A stretch of DNA of 64,000 bases from Candidatus Thioglobus sp. (GCA_004212795.1 SHBR01000001.1:11324-75323); one strand, 5' to 3'; counted from the first letter of the stretch, positions 42,809-53,174 are shown. Numbers and translations are program-made. The notes: generated by a model not told the origin, from the sequence alone.

Positions 42809-43696
42809 ATGCTCACACCCCGCTCATCAAAACTTCAAGCGAGATGCAATCTCTGTGAGGCATCAATAGAAATCTCACCAGAGGTATTACAGGTTAACAC
42901 GGGGCTCATCGCCTGCGAGACCTGTGGAGCTGAATTTAATGCCGCGTGGAACCTGATTGACCAGATACCCAATCCCATTCTCGCATCCGCGATTCCCGCG
43001 AAGATTTCAACTTTTTCAAGTTTAAATGACGAAAAGCCATTAACGACACCAGCAGATGATCGCAGTACAAATTATCCGGAAGATGATTACGAAGCGGTCG
43101 GTTCTTTTTACTCATCAGGTCGAACCGAGCCGCGACTTCAAGCCTGGGTAGATGACGATTCTCAAGCGCCCGATGAAGACCCATCGGTCAGCCTGAGGCC
43201 ACCTGATCCCACAGAGGAAAAATTAGCATCGCGCTCAATTTGGCCCTTTGCCGGAATTTTAATCGCTGTATTCGGACTTTTCTTTCAGGTTCGATTTGTC
43301 TTGCTTGACGAAATCGCGAGCGCTCCCCAGATGCGGCCGTTTATTGCCGCCCTTTGTCGCCAAACGGGCTGCGAACTCGCTCCACCATTAAACGGACCGG
43401 CGATCTCGGTCACGCACAGCAGCATCGACCTTCATCGAACGGCACCTGAAGCACTCATCGTGCGGGTGCATCTACTGAACCACAGTCACAATTCCAAAAA
43501 TTATCCATCTTTGGAGATAAGTTTAAATGGGGCTTCAGGAGAACTGCTTGGTCGACGGACGTATCTGCCACACGAATATGGTGTTGCCAATGGTGCCGTG
43601 GTCATTGGCAGCGGTCGGGAGGCTGTCGTGAGATTGGTACTGGCTAACGTCGATCCCCGCGTTCGGGGCCTGTCGGCACGAGCGGTTCGATCCTAA
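42809..43696 (+). CDS. zinc-ribbon plus DUF3426 membrane protein
   Basis: CNLC...CETC ribbon, one TM segment, LCRQTGC; conserved position between prmA and dusB. Confidence 0.78.
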   Translation: MLTPRSSKLQARCNLCEASIEISPEVLQVNTGLIACETCGAEFNAAWNLIDQIPNPILASAIPAKISTFSSLNDEKPLTTPADDRSTNYPEDDYEAVGSFYSSGRTEPRLQAWVDDDSQAPDEDPSVSLRPPDPTEEKLASRSIWPFAGILIAVFGLFFQVRFVLLDEIASAPQMRPFIAALCRQTGCELAPPLNGPAISVTHSSIDLHRTAPEALIVRVHLLNHSHNSKNYPSLEISLNGASGELLGRRTYLPHEYGVANGAVVIGSGREAVVRLVLANVDPRVRGLSARAVRS

Positions 43697-43702
43697 TTTT
43701 GG

Positions 43703-44740
43703 TTGCACGAGATCATGCGTAATATCGGTTTTCCCGAAGAAGAAACGGGAGTCACTATTGGCAATGTTCAACTACCGGGACAGGTTATCGCAGCGCCCAT
43801 GGCAGGCGTAAGCGATCAACCTTACCGTCACCTCGCTCGACGATTTGGGGCCGCCCTGGCCGTAAGCGAAATGGTCAGCGCTGCACCTCAACTTCGAAAC
43901 TCTCGAAAATCTCGGCAACGAACAACACATGGTGGAGAATCAGACCCTGTCAGTGTCCAGCTCCTTGGCGCAGATCCGGAGCAGATGGCGGACGCCGCAA
44001 GAGAAAACGTCAGCCGGGGGGCCCAAATCATCGACATCAATCTGGGTTGCCCGACCAAGAAAGTGTGCAAAAAACTAGTTGGGTCTGCGTTAATGAAAGA
44101 TGAGCCACTGGTGGGTCGCATTCTTGATTCCGTGGTATCGGCCGCTTCAGTCCCTGTCACACTAAAAATGCGGACCGGCTGGGATCGAGAACATCGAAAT
44201 GCCATCACCATTGCCAAGATTGCCGAGGAAGCGGGTATCAAAGCGCTGACTGTCCATGGCAGAAGCCGAGCTTGCCGCTATCACGGGCCTATCGATTACG
44301 AAACCATTCGTGCCGTCAAGTCATCGATCTCGATCCCCGTCATAGCAAACGGGGATATCGACTCACCCCAAACGGCGATCGAGGTTCTTAAAATAACAGG
44401 CGCCGACGCGGTAATGATCGGACGAGCTGCGCAGGGACAACCGTGGCTGCTTGATCGAATTGATCAGGTCCTTCGAAAATTTGATGATCCTGGAGACCCC
44501 TCATTAGCGCGCAAGCACGAGGTCGTCATTAACCACCTCGTCGAGCTGTATAGTTTCTACGGAATTGAGCAAGGCGTCCGAATCGCTCGTAAGCATGTAC
44601 AGTGGTATGCTGAAAAACTCGGCGCGGATTCAACTTTTCGCACTCAATTCAACCGAGCGCTTTCACCCGACCTGCAACAAAATCTGGTCAACACGCTATT
44701 TGCACAACTTTTTGAAAAAACAAGCGATGAACACCCCTAA
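43703..44740 (+). CDS. dusB: tRNA-dihydrouridine synthase B
   Basis: APMAGV, IDINLGCP, TLKMRTGW, VHGR, IANGDI, MIGRA; upstream of fis. Confidence 0.95.
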   Translation: MHEIMRNIGFPEEETGVTIGNVQLPGQVIAAPMAGVSDQPYRHLARRFGAALAVSEMVSAAPQLRNSRKSRQRTTHGGESDPVSVQLLGADPEQMADAARENVSRGAQIIDINLGCPTKKVCKKLVGSALMKDEPLVGRILDSVVSAASVPVTLKMRTGWDREHRNAITIAKIAEEAGIKALTVHGRSRACRYHGPIDYETIRAVKSSISIPVIANGDIDSPQTAIEVLKITGADAVMIGRAAQGQPWLLDRIDQVLRKFDDPGDPSLARKHEVVINHLVELYSFYGIEQGVRIARKHVQWYAEKLGADSTFRTQFNRALSPDLQQNLVNTLFAQLFEKTSDEHP

Positions 44741-44969
44741 AACGCCTCCCTTAGCCCACTGCGTCCATCAGTCCTTGACGGCCTACTTCAACGACCTTGA
44801 TGGTGTTGCGACTGAGGGTCTATATGATCTTGTTATTACAGAAGTCGAACGGCCCCTTCTTCAGCAGGTCATGCAACATGTTGAGGGCAATCAACTCAAA
44901 GCCGCCAAACTGTTGGGACTGAATCGAAATACGCTTCGAAAAAAACTAACGGCTCACCGGCTACGGTGA
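44727..44969 (+). CDS. fis: Fis DNA-binding protein
   Basis: YFNDLDG...LYDLVITEVERPLL...GNQLKAAKLLGLNRNTLRKK; ATG at 44727. Confidence 0.93.
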   Translation: MNTPKTPPLAHCVHQSLTAYFNDLDGVATEGLYDLVITEVERPLLQQVMQHVEGNQLKAAKLLGLNRNTLRKKLTAHRLR

Positions 44970-45027
44970 ATATCAAACCTTATTTAAAGGGATTGAATAA
45001 CGCTTCAAAAAATAGAAAACTTTTCAA

Positions 45028-46596
45028 ATGGCAACCACAAAAAAAATAAGCGCCGTACGGCGAGCCCTAATCAGCGTTTCCGATAAACAGGGCATCGTCG
45101 AATTCGCTAAAAGACTCTCAGCGCACGGCGTTGAAATTCTGTCTACCGGAGGTACCGCCCGTCTCTTACAGCAGAAGAAAGTGCCCGTCATCGAGGTATC
45201 AGACTACACCGGTTTTCCCGAGATGATGGATGGTCGGGTCAAAACGCTTCATCCCCGAATTCATGGCGGCTTGCTCGGCCGGCGCGGCATCGACGACGAA
45301 GAAATGTCCCGCCACGACATTAATCCAATCGATCTCGTGGCCGTCAACCTATACCCCTTTGCGCAAACGATCGAACAGGAAGCCTGCACGCGAGAAGATG
45401 CGATTGAGAACATCGATATCGGGGGACCCTCAATGATCCGTGCCGCGGCTAAGAATCATGATTCGGTAACTGTAATTGTGAGTCAGTCCGATTACGATCG
45501 GGTGGCTTCAGAGATCGAAAATAGTGGTGGCGTGTCACAGATCACTCGTAGCGAACTCGCTGCAAAAGCTTTTAGTCATACCGCCCAATACGACGGGATG
45601 ATTTCCAATTACCTCACACTCGACCCGGAAGATGGACTGCCCCGAATGCTAAACCTGCAGTATGAAAAAGCCCAGACGATGCGCTACGGTGAGAACCCTC
45701 ACCAAAGCGCTGCGCTATACAAAGAGTCAGCGCCAGCGACCGGCACCCTGGCTTCAGCAATTTCAATTCAAGGAAAAGCGCTTTCCTTCAACAATGTTGC
45801 CGACGCTGATGCCGCGCTTGAGTGCGTCAGCGCGTTTAAAGACACCGCCTGCGTCATCATTAAGCACGCTAATCCTTGTGGGGTTGCTGTCGCACAGACT
45901 GTGCTACAGGCCTATGAAGCGGCTTACGCTACCGATCCCACCTCCGCATTTGGAGGCATTATTGCTTTTAATCGAACAGTCGATGAAACGACAGCCAAGA
46001 TCATCATCGAACAACAATTTGTCGAGGTCATGATCGCACCGGATTACTCAGAAGCGGCTTTCGAGATATTCGCATCAAAACCCAACATTCGTGTCCTCAA
46101 AGTGTCGGGGATCGATCCGCTCGGATTTGCACAACGCCACTTCAAACGAATCGGGGGCGGTCTGTTAGTGCAGGATCAAGATATGGGTCGTGTGACCGTA
46201 TCTGATCTAAAGGTCGTGACGCAGAAAAAACCCAGCGCAGAACAACTCGAAGATTTACTGTTTGCCTGGACCGTTGCAAAATTTGTAAAGTCCAATGCCA
46301 TTGTGTATGCCTCAGGTCTTAGAACCATAGGGATTGGGGCAGGTCAGATGAGTCGTGTTTATTCGGCCCGCATTGCAGGAATCAAGGCGGCTGATGAGAA
46401 CCTAACGGTTACCGGATCGGTAATGGCTTCAGACGCATTTTTTCCTTTCCGCGATGGCATTGATGCCGCTGGAAAAGCCGGGATCCAGGCCGTCATCCAA
46501 CCCGGTGGCTCACAACGTGATGATGAAGTCATCGCCGCTGCCGATGAGCAGGACATGGCAATGGTATTCACCGGCATGCGGCACTTCCGGCACTAG
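45028..46596 (+). CDS. purH: bifunctional AICAR transformylase / IMP cyclohydrolase
   Basis: [44 protein letters not shown]. Confidence 0.98.
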   Translation: MATTKKISAVRRALISVSDKQGIVEFAKRLSAHGVEILSTGGTARLLQQKKVPVIEVSDYTGFPEMMDGRVKTLHPRIHGGLLGRRGIDDEEMSRHDINPIDLVAVNLYPFAQTIEQEACTREDAIENIDIGGPSMIRAAAKNHDSVTVIVSQSDYDRVASEIENSGGVSQITRSELAAKAFSHTAQYDGMISNYLTLDPEDGLPRMLNLQYEKAQTMRYGENPHQSAALYKESAPATGTLASAISIQGKALSFNNVADADAALECVSAFKDTACVIIKHANPCGVAVAQTVLQAYEAAYATDPTSAFGGIIAFNRTVDETTAKIIIEQQFVEVMIAPDYSEAAFEIFASKPNIRVLKVSGIDPLGFAQRHFKRIGGGLLVQDQDMGRVTVSDLKVVTQKKPSAEQLEDLLFAWTVAKFVKSNAIVYASGLRTIGIGAGQMSRVYSARIAGIKAADENLTVTGSVMASDAFFPFRDGIDAAGKAGIQAVIQPGGSQRDDEVIAAADEQDMAMVFTGMRHFRH

Positions 46597-46599
46597 CGT

Positions 46600-47871
46600 A
46601 TGCGAGTTCTCATTGTTGGCAATGGTGGGCGCGAGCACGCGCTCGCATGGAAAGCCGTCGCTTCCCCTCAAGTCGAAAAAGTGTTCGTTGCCCCTGGAAA
46701 TGCAGGCACAATGACGGAAAAGCACGTCGAGAATATTCCGGTCAAAGCCGATGACATCGACGGGCTTATCTCTGCTGCTATTTCAAAACAAGTGCATCTC
46801 ACGATCGTCGGTCCAGAAGCGCCTTTAGTCGATGGCATTGTCGATCGATTTTCGGAAGCCGGCCTCCCTTGCTTCGGTCCCCGCAGCGGTCCGGCCCAAC
46901 TGGAAGCATCCAAAAGTTTTACGAAAAATTTTCTCGATCGACATCAAATCCCTACCGCGAGCTGGCGATCTTTCACAAATGCTGAACACGCTCGAGAACA
47001 CGTCTTCACTCACGCGCTTCCGCTGGTGCTAAAAGCTGACGGCTTGGCGGCAGGAAAAGGCGTCATCATTGCACACACCCAGGTCGATGCGCTAAACGCG
47101 ATTGACGAAATTCTTGTCGACCAACGCTTCGGGGACGCAGGACAAACGCTCGTCATCGAAGAATTTCTGGAGGGCGTAGAGGTCAGCTTTATTTGCGTCG
47201 CTTCGGGCACTCAAGTCATCCCGCTCGCCACTTCACAGGACCATAAAGCGAGAGAAGCGGGCGACAAAGGGCCCAACACCGGGGGAATGGGTGCTTTCTC
47301 CCCCGCGCCAAATGTCGATCCCACCCTGCATAAACGCATCATGGACGAAATTATTAATCCCACAGTTCGCGGACTCGCAGAAGAAGGCATGCCTTACCTT
47401 GGATTTTTGTACGCAGGCCTAATGATTGATCCCAACGGAAATCCTAAAGTCCTGGAGTTCAACTGTCGCCTGGGTGATCCGGAAACCCAACCCATATTGA
47501 TGAGGCTGCAATCCGATTTGATCGCGCTGTGTATATCAGCAATCGAGGAGCGTATCGATGACTTCTCGTTGGAATGGGACTCCCGTTATGCGCTGGGCGT
47601 GGTGATGGTTGCAGACGGCTACCCCGGGGATTACCCGCGGGGCGATGAAATTCATGGACTTGATCAAATCGATTCCCCCAATATAAAAGTTTTCCATGCG
47701 GGTACTCGAACAGAACATCATAAAATCCTGACGGACGGTGGACGAGTGCTTTGCGTAACGGCACTAGGACAAACCCTGATCGACGCCCAAAAAAATGCGT
47801 ACAGCGGAGTCGGGTCAGTCCAATGGCCCGGAGCCGGATGGCGGCCTGACATTGGTTGGCGGGCCGTTTAA
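46600..47871 (+). CDS. purD: phosphoribosylamine-glycine ligase
   Basis: GGREHAL, KADGLAAGKGV, GPNTGGMG, EFNCRLGDPE, GGRVL. Confidence 0.98.
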   Translation: MRVLIVGNGGREHALAWKAVASPQVEKVFVAPGNAGTMTEKHVENIPVKADDIDGLISAAISKQVHLTIVGPEAPLVDGIVDRFSEAGLPCFGPRSGPAQLEASKSFTKNFLDRHQIPTASWRSFTNAEHAREHVFTHALPLVLKADGLAAGKGVIIAHTQVDALNAIDEILVDQRFGDAGQTLVIEEFLEGVEVSFICVASGTQVIPLATSQDHKAREAGDKGPNTGGMGAFSPAPNVDPTLHKRIMDEIINPTVRGLAEEGMPYLGFLYAGLMIDPNGNPKVLEFNCRLGDPETQPILMRLQSDLIALCISAIEERIDDFSLEWDSRYALGVVMVADGYPGDYPRGDEIHGLDQIDSPNIKVFHAGTRTEHHKILTDGGRVLCVTALGQTLIDAQKNAYSGVGSVQWPGAGWRPDIGWRAV

Positions 47872-47895
47872 CTGACTGGCCGAAGGTACCCGATC

Positions 47896-48459
47896 ATTAA
47901 AGATTCATTAACACGCGAGGTTTCTGATGGCGTTGACTGCCTCCATCGTGGCGGCGTCATTGCCTACCCAACAGAATTTTGCTTTGGATTGGGGTGTGAC
48001 CCCTCCAATCAAGAGGCCGTGCGCCGTATACTGGCTTTAAAAAATCGGCATTGGCGACAGGGCCTTATCGTGATCGCTGACACCCCCCTGAGACTTCGGG
48101 GACTCGTTGATATGACAAATGAAAAATTGATGGCGGCACCACTGGCTTCCTGGCCTGGACCACATACCTGGCTGTTACCCGCCCTGTCGAGTGTCCCGTC
48201 CTGGCTACGCGGTCAACATCCCTCACTAGCGGTTCGCGTCACGAACCACCCCGTTGTGCAACAACTCTGTCACGATAGTGGTATGCCTCTCGTATCCACC
48301 AGCGCAAATCGATCGGGTCGGCCGCCTTTGCGAACCGCGCAGTCCGTAAAAAATGAATTCAACAATGAAATTGATTGTATTCTCGACGCAGCGGTAGGCA
48401 ACGCCTCGGAACCCAGCACCATCACAGACGCACTGACCGGAAAGTCAATCAGGGGCTAG
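47896..48459 (+). CDS. tsaC: L-threonylcarbamoyladenylate synthase (TsaC/Sua5/YrdC); start uncertain, apparently non-canonical
   Basis: In-frame [18 protein letters not shown] begins upstream of the tracked TTG (47989); LKNR, WPGP.T, STSAN, PSTI motifs. Start set at ATT 47896; CTG 47872 and ATC 47893 are alternatives. Confidence 0.88.
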   Translation: MKDSLTREVSDGVDCLHRGGVIAYPTEFCFGLGCDPSNQEAVRRILALKNRHWRQGLIVIADTPLRLRGLVDMTNEKLMAAPLASWPGPHTWLLPALSSVPSWLRGQHPSLAVRVTNHPVVQQLCHDSGMPLVSTSANRSGRPPLRTAQSVKNEFNNEIDCILDAAVGNASEPSTITDALTGKSIRG

Positions 48460-48464
48460 CGCAA

Positions 48465-49397
48465 TTGAATAACGATGTTGATATCGCACAAGTCAGCGGC
48501 TACCTGAAAACACTTCAAGATGGCATCTGCACGGCATTAGGCAAGGCGGATGGCGAGGGCATCTTCGAAGAGGATGCATGGGAATCATCCAGCGGCCAGG
48601 GTCGAACCCGGATATTGCAAAAGGGCCTGCTGTTTGAACAAGCAGGTGTCAACTTCTCCCATGTTGAAGGCCATTCGCTGCCGGCAGCCGCGTCAGCACG
48701 ACACCCCGAACTTGCGGGAAGCCCTTTTCAGGCGATGGGCGTATCCCTTGTCATCCATCCCGAAAATCCTTTCGTGCCCACATCGCACATGAACGTTCGA
48801 TTCTTCTACGCACACACTAACGATCGACCGATCTGGTGGTTTGGGGGCGGATTCGATCTAACGCCTTACTATGGATATATCGAGGATGCGATCCATTGGC
48901 ACACAACGGCTAAAGCCGCAGTCGAGCCTTTTGGGTCTAATCTGTATCCAAAGCTTAAAAAAGCGTGTGATGATTATTTTTTTATAAAACATCGAAACGA
49001 GCAAAGAGGGATCGGGGGACTCTTTTTCGATGATTACTCTGAGGGCGGTTTTGAGACCGCATTCGCATTAACCCGAAGCGTTGGAAACCATTTTTTGCCG
49101 GCTTATCTGCCGATTGTCTCAAAAAGACGAACTCAAGCATTCTCTTCTGGCCAACGATCATTCCAGCTTTATCGCCGGGGACGTTATGTCGAGTTCAATC
49201 TGGTTTATGACCGCGGTACGCTTTTTGGACTCCAAAGTGGCGGTCGAACCGAATCGATCCTGATGTCACTACCGCCCAAAGTCAATTGGCAATATGATCG
49301 AAAAGACGAGCCCGGCAGCGCAGAACAGACACTTGTTACAGATTTTCTCAAACCGCGAGATTGGCTGGGTGAGTCGGCATCGGGATTGTCTTTTTGA
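48465..49397 (+). CDS. hemF: oxygen-dependent coproporphyrinogen III oxidase
   Basis: [46 protein letters not shown]; probable TTG start at 48465. Confidence 0.96.
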   Translation: MNNDVDIAQVSGYLKTLQDGICTALGKADGEGIFEEDAWESSSGQGRTRILQKGLLFEQAGVNFSHVEGHSLPAAASARHPELAGSPFQAMGVSLVIHPENPFVPTSHMNVRFFYAHTNDRPIWWFGGGFDLTPYYGYIEDAIHWHTTAKAAVEPFGSNLYPKLKKACDDYFFIKHRNEQRGIGGLFFDDYSEGGFETAFALTRSVGNHFLPAYLPIVSKRRTQAFSSGQRSFQLYRRGRYVEFNLVYDRGTLFGLQSGGRTESILMSLPPKVNWQYDRKDEPGSAEQTLVTDFLKPRDWLGESASGLSF

Positions 49398-49407
49398 TCT
49401 GCTAACC

Positions 49408-50691
49408 ATGCCCATCATTTTCTACACGCTCGCACTTTGGTTAATCCTGCCCCTACTCGTTTTAAAACTGGTCTTGAGAATCATTAAAAATCCGAGTTAT
49501 CTCAATCGACTCGGCGAACGTTTTGGCAACGGTAAAAAAATAGAGCCTTCTTTTGATCTTTGGATACACGCCGTGTCCGTTGGAGAAGTTCATGCCGCCA
49601 CACCGTTGGTTCAAGATTTCCTAACAGACCACCCCGCCGCACGAGTCATCATTACAACGATGACCCCAACAGGGGCTCGACAGGTGGTCGATACATTTAG
49701 CACGTCTGTTGTTCACCGCTACGTACCTTACGATTACGGTTTCGCCGTTAAACGATTTCTTGATCACGTCCAGCCCAAAGTGCTGATTCTGATGGAAACC
49801 GAAATTTGGCCGAACATCATCAGACATTGTCATCAAAGAAACATCCCCGTCGCCATGGCCAATATCCGGTTATCCGAAAAATCTGCAAATCGATATCACA
49901 TGATTCGACCTCTTATCCGTTCCGTCTTATCGAGGGTATCAGTATTCGCAACCCAGACCGAAGATGATCGACGTCGCCTCCAAACCCTAGGCGCGGACGC
50001 CAACAAAATCCATCGAACAGGCAGTACCAAGTTCGAGATTAAGATGCCGTTCAATATAGCGGAACTCACTCACACGATTAGGGCTGAGTGGGGATTCAAC
50101 CGTCCCGTCATCGTTGCTGGCAGTACTCACGAAGGAGAAGAGGCGCTATTGCTTCGCACGTTTAAAAAACTCCAGGCAAGATTTAGCGATTTACTTCTGG
50201 TTATCGCGCCCCGCCACCCGGAACGATTTGACCCTGTCGCTCGATTAGTCACGAAAAATGGTTTTGAAACCAATCGCCGCAGCATCGACGACCGCAAACT
50301 TGATAATCAGGTGAACGTCCAGATCGCTGACACCATGGGAGAGTTGGCAATTCTTTTCGGAGCGGCAGATATCGCGGTGGTCGGCGGCAGTCTTATTCCG
50401 ATTCGAGGCATTGGCGGACATAACATTTTGGAACCCTGCGCCGCGGGCGTGCCCGTGGTGTTCGGATCCAACATGGGTAATTTTCTTGAGATCAGTCGCC
50501 TCACACTTGAGGCTAAAGCGGGTTTTCAAATCAAAGATGAAAAAGATTTAGACAAAGTTTTAAATCAGCTCCTTCAGGACCCCAATCTAAGAAATTTAAT
50601 GGGGGATCGCGGCAAAAATATGATTCACCAAAACACCGGTGCGACCTCGAAGACGCTTCAACTTATTCTTCCGTTGTTAAACGCCCAATAG
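49408..50691 (+). CDS. waaA: 3-deoxy-D-manno-octulosonic acid transferase
   Basis: WIHAVSVGE, ETEIWPN, GSTH, APRHPERF, DTMGEL, GGHN.LEP. Confidence 0.96.
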   Translation: MPIIFYTLALWLILPLLVLKLVLRIIKNPSYLNRLGERFGNGKKIEPSFDLWIHAVSVGEVHAATPLVQDFLTDHPAARVIITTMTPTGARQVVDTFSTSVVHRYVPYDYGFAVKRFLDHVQPKVLILMETEIWPNIIRHCHQRNIPVAMANIRLSEKSANRYHMIRPLIRSVLSRVSVFATQTEDDRRRLQTLGADANKIHRTGSTKFEIKMPFNIAELTHTIRAEWGFNRPVIVAGSTHEGEEALLLRTFKKLQARFSDLLLVIAPRHPERFDPVARLVTKNGFETNRRSIDDRKLDNQVNVQIADTMGELAILFGAADIAVVGGSLIPIRGIGGHNILEPCAAGVPVVFGSNMGNFLEISRLTLEAKAGFQIKDEKDLDKVLNQLLQDPNLRNLMGDRGKNMIHQNTGATSKTLQLILPLLNAQ

Positions 50692-50903
50692 CCATCATTA
50701 AAAATTAGTCTATTTTTTCAGTTGTTTTTTTGCTGTTTTTGTTTTTAAAAAATTTGCGACTCGAAGAATTTTTCCAATTTGCGTGAGATGTTTTTAAAAA
50801 AATTCCTGAGTCAAACTTCGTGTAGTTTCTTAACAAGAACTTTTTATTTTTTAAAACCTATTTTTCCTACAGTGTTAATCAAAAAAAATCAAATTGTGTT
50901 TGC

Positions 50904-50931
50904 TTGACATTTATTAATGCATGACTATAGT
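50904..50931 (+). promoter_or_regulatory. strong sigma70-like promoter with AT-rich upstream A/T tracts
   Basis: TTGACA (50904-50909), 16-bp spacer, TATAGT (50926-50931). Confidence 0.7.
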
Positions 50932-51125
50932 TCGCGTTCAAGGAATAACTATTTGTTGTTATTCCAAAGTTTACCGGTACGCTTCCTCGTTTCATTAGAT
51001 CAGGTGAAGTTAATGTTTACGAGAAACGCAAAGTGGTATTGCTGATAGAGGCGGTGTGTCGATAAGCCGAAAACGTGAATCAATTTTTGATTCGTAGGTA
51101 CATCAACCCTAAGCAGGAGGCCATT

Positions 51126-51404
51126 ATGGCGGCAAAGAAGAAGGCGACCAAGAAAAAGGCAGCGCCAAAAAAGAAGGTAGCTAAGAAAGCAACGAAGAAA
51201 AAAGCAACGAAGAAAAAAGCAGCTAAGAAAGTAGCCAAGAAAGCAGTAGCCAAAAAGGCAACTAAGAAAAAAGCAGCAAAGAAAAAGGTAGCTAAGAAAG
51301 CAACCAAGAAAAAAGCAACGAAGAAAAAAGCTGCTAAGAAAAAGGTAGCTAAGAAAGCAACCAAGAAAAAGGCTGCTAAGAAAAAAGCGACCAAAAGAAG
51401 GTAA
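51126..51404 (+). CDS. small histone-H1-like Lys/Ala-rich protein (92 aa)
   Basis: AGGAGG RBS (51115-51120), ATG 51126, MAAKKKATKKKAAPKKKVAKKATKKK..., strong terminator downstream. Confidence 0.85.
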   Translation: MAAKKKATKKKAAPKKKVAKKATKKKATKKKAAKKVAKKAVAKKATKKKAAKKKVAKKATKKKATKKKAAKKKVAKKATKKKAAKKKATKRR

Positions 51405-51450
51405 ATAACGCGCGAGCGTTTTTGTACTCCATCCGATTTACAAATGGATG

Positions 51451-51482
51451 AAAAAGCGGCAGGTTCACCTGCCGCTTTTTTT
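51451..51482. terminator. Rho-independent (probably bidirectional) terminator
   Basis: AAAAAGCGGCAGG-TTCA-CCTGCCGCTTTTTTT between convergent genes. Confidence 0.92.
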
Positions 51483-51500
51483 GTTTGGCTAGACGATCAT

Positions 51501-51989
51501 TTAGTTACGGGCAAGCGCCGAAACGGGCTCAACGATCCAACGCGCACTACCGCGCACTACCGCACTTGGGAACGAAAGATTCACCTGAAAGTCCCGAGCC
51601 TCGTTCGCGGGAATATTGACCGCGACCTGTACTGTCGACGAACCCAGAGACTGACAATGTTGATCCTGACCATTCTCGCCAGGATCACTGCAATCATCCA
51701 AACTGATTCTCAACGTCAATTCTGATAACGACGATGCTAAAGCGCGATTAAAAACACGGGCACTTAAGTCAAAACTTCCGGCATAGGCGTCAACGACATT
51801 AACCTGACTGATCTCAACGTGACTTGCATCAATCATATTCTGAGCGCTCTCCCGTTCGCCTGGAATTACCTGTAAAAGCAAAATTCCAATGCCCAGAAAA
51901 GCCGCCAGCAGACCGAATGCAAGTCGCGGATACGAACTTGCAGTGATAATTAGCGCTAACGCGATAATGCCTAATACAATCCAGTGCAT
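51501..51989 (-). CDS. hypothetical membrane-anchored protein
   Basis: ATG start, two N-terminal hydrophobic segments, beta-rich soluble domain with two Cys. Confidence 0.7.
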   Translation of the reverse strand: MHWIVLGIIALALIITASSYPRLAFGLLAAFLGIGILLLQVIPGERESAQNMIDASHVEISQVNVVDAYAGSFDLSARVFNRALASSLSELTLRISLDDCSDPGENGQDQHCQSLGSSTVQVAVNIPANEARDFQVNLSFPSAVVRGSARWIVEPVSALARN

Positions 51990-52093
51990 ATAATAGAGTT
52001 TGGTTTCTGACTAACTAAAATTAAATACTGCCGTAATTTAACGCACAACCCGCGATGACGCCGTCTTGACGCTTGCGCGAACACTATAGCCAT

Positions 52094-53161
52094 ATGCAGC
52101 CTTCTTCCCAAATAACATCACGCAGCCGGAATCTTGATATTGCGGCGCAAGCCGCGACAGCAAGAGCGAGCCTGCCGGAACCTCTGGCACATCGCCAGAA
52201 AAATGCACTCATCGACGAAGCCAAGATGCTTCTGCGGGCACGGGATGCGGTGTTGGTCGCGCACTACTATGTCGATAGTGATATCCAAGAATTGGCGGAC
52301 GCCACCGGGGGTTGCGTGGCCGACTCATTAGAGATGGCGCGGTTCGGGCTTGCGCACAAAGCGCGCACCGTTTTGGTGGCGGGCGTTCGCTTCATGGGAG
52401 AAACCGCGAAAATTCTCAGCCCGGAAAAGCAGGTTTTTCTGGTTGAAAGCGCAGCTGAATGCTCTCTGGATTTAGGATGTCCCATTAATGTGTTTTCTGA
52501 TTTTTGCGATCAACATCCTGACCGGACGGTCGTGGTTTACGCTAACACCAGTGCAGAGGTCAAAGCCCGGGCTGACTGGGTCGTTACTTCATCGATTGCG
52601 TTAAATCTTATTCAGGACCTTTCAAATCAAGGCGAAAAGATAATTTGGGCGCCCGACCGTTATCTTGGTGACTACGTACAACGACAAACGGGTGCGGATA
52701 TGTTGCTTTGGGAAGGAAGCTGTATCGTTCACGAAGAATTTAAAGGCGAAGTACTCGAGCAGCTTAAACAGTTAAATCCGGACGCAAAAGTGCTCGTGCA
52801 CCCAGAGTCGCCTCCTTCTGTTATTAATTTGGCCGACATCGTTGGCTCGACCGGACAGTTGATTCACGCAGTCGAAACAATGAATGCACCGCTGTTCATT
52901 GTCGCAACTGAAGAAGGTATCCTTCATAAAATGCGTCAACGTGCGCCCGGCAAAAATTTCCTCGCAGCGCCAACCGCAGGCGAAGGTGCCACCTGCGAAA
53001 GTTGTGCGCACTGTCCTTGGATGAAGATGAACGATCTACAGCGGTTGGTCAATGTGCTCAAATCGGAACAAAACGAAGTCATCGTCGATGAAACCATTCG
53101 ATCTCGAGCGGCCATACCCATCAAGCGCATGATTGATTATGGCCAAAGCCAAAGCAAATGA
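52094..53161 (+). CDS. nadA: quinolinate synthase
   Basis: [45 protein letters not shown]. Confidence 0.96.
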   Translation: MQPSSQITSRSRNLDIAAQAATARASLPEPLAHRQKNALIDEAKMLLRARDAVLVAHYYVDSDIQELADATGGCVADSLEMARFGLAHKARTVLVAGVRFMGETAKILSPEKQVFLVESAAECSLDLGCPINVFSDFCDQHPDRTVVVYANTSAEVKARADWVVTSSIALNLIQDLSNQGEKIIWAPDRYLGDYVQRQTGADMLLWEGSCIVHEEFKGEVLEQLKQLNPDAKVLVHPESPPSVINLADIVGSTGQLIHAVETMNAPLFIVATEEGILHKMRQRAPGKNFLAAPTAGEGATCESCAHCPWMKMNDLQRLVNVLKSEQNEVIVDETIRSRAAIPIKRMIDYGQSQSK

Positions 53162-53174
53162 GGCATTATCATTA

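Noticed and set aside
51020-51045. ACGCAAAG resembling part of a c-di-GMP-I riboswitch
   Set aside because: The upstream GCAAA...GAAA tetraloop stem and the downstream consensus are missing.
51080-51394. Minus-strand Phe/Ala-rich ORF
   Set aside because: Shadow of the H1-like gene; promoter, RBS and terminator all support the plus strand.
51541-51566. 10-bp tandem repeat CGCGCACTAC x2 inside the hypothetical gene
   Set aside because: Only about two copies and the ORF stays open to a plausible end, so there is no evidence for phase variation.
52066-52090. TTGACG...TATAGC upstream of nadA
   Set aside because: The spacer is only 13 bp, too short for a sigma70 promoter.
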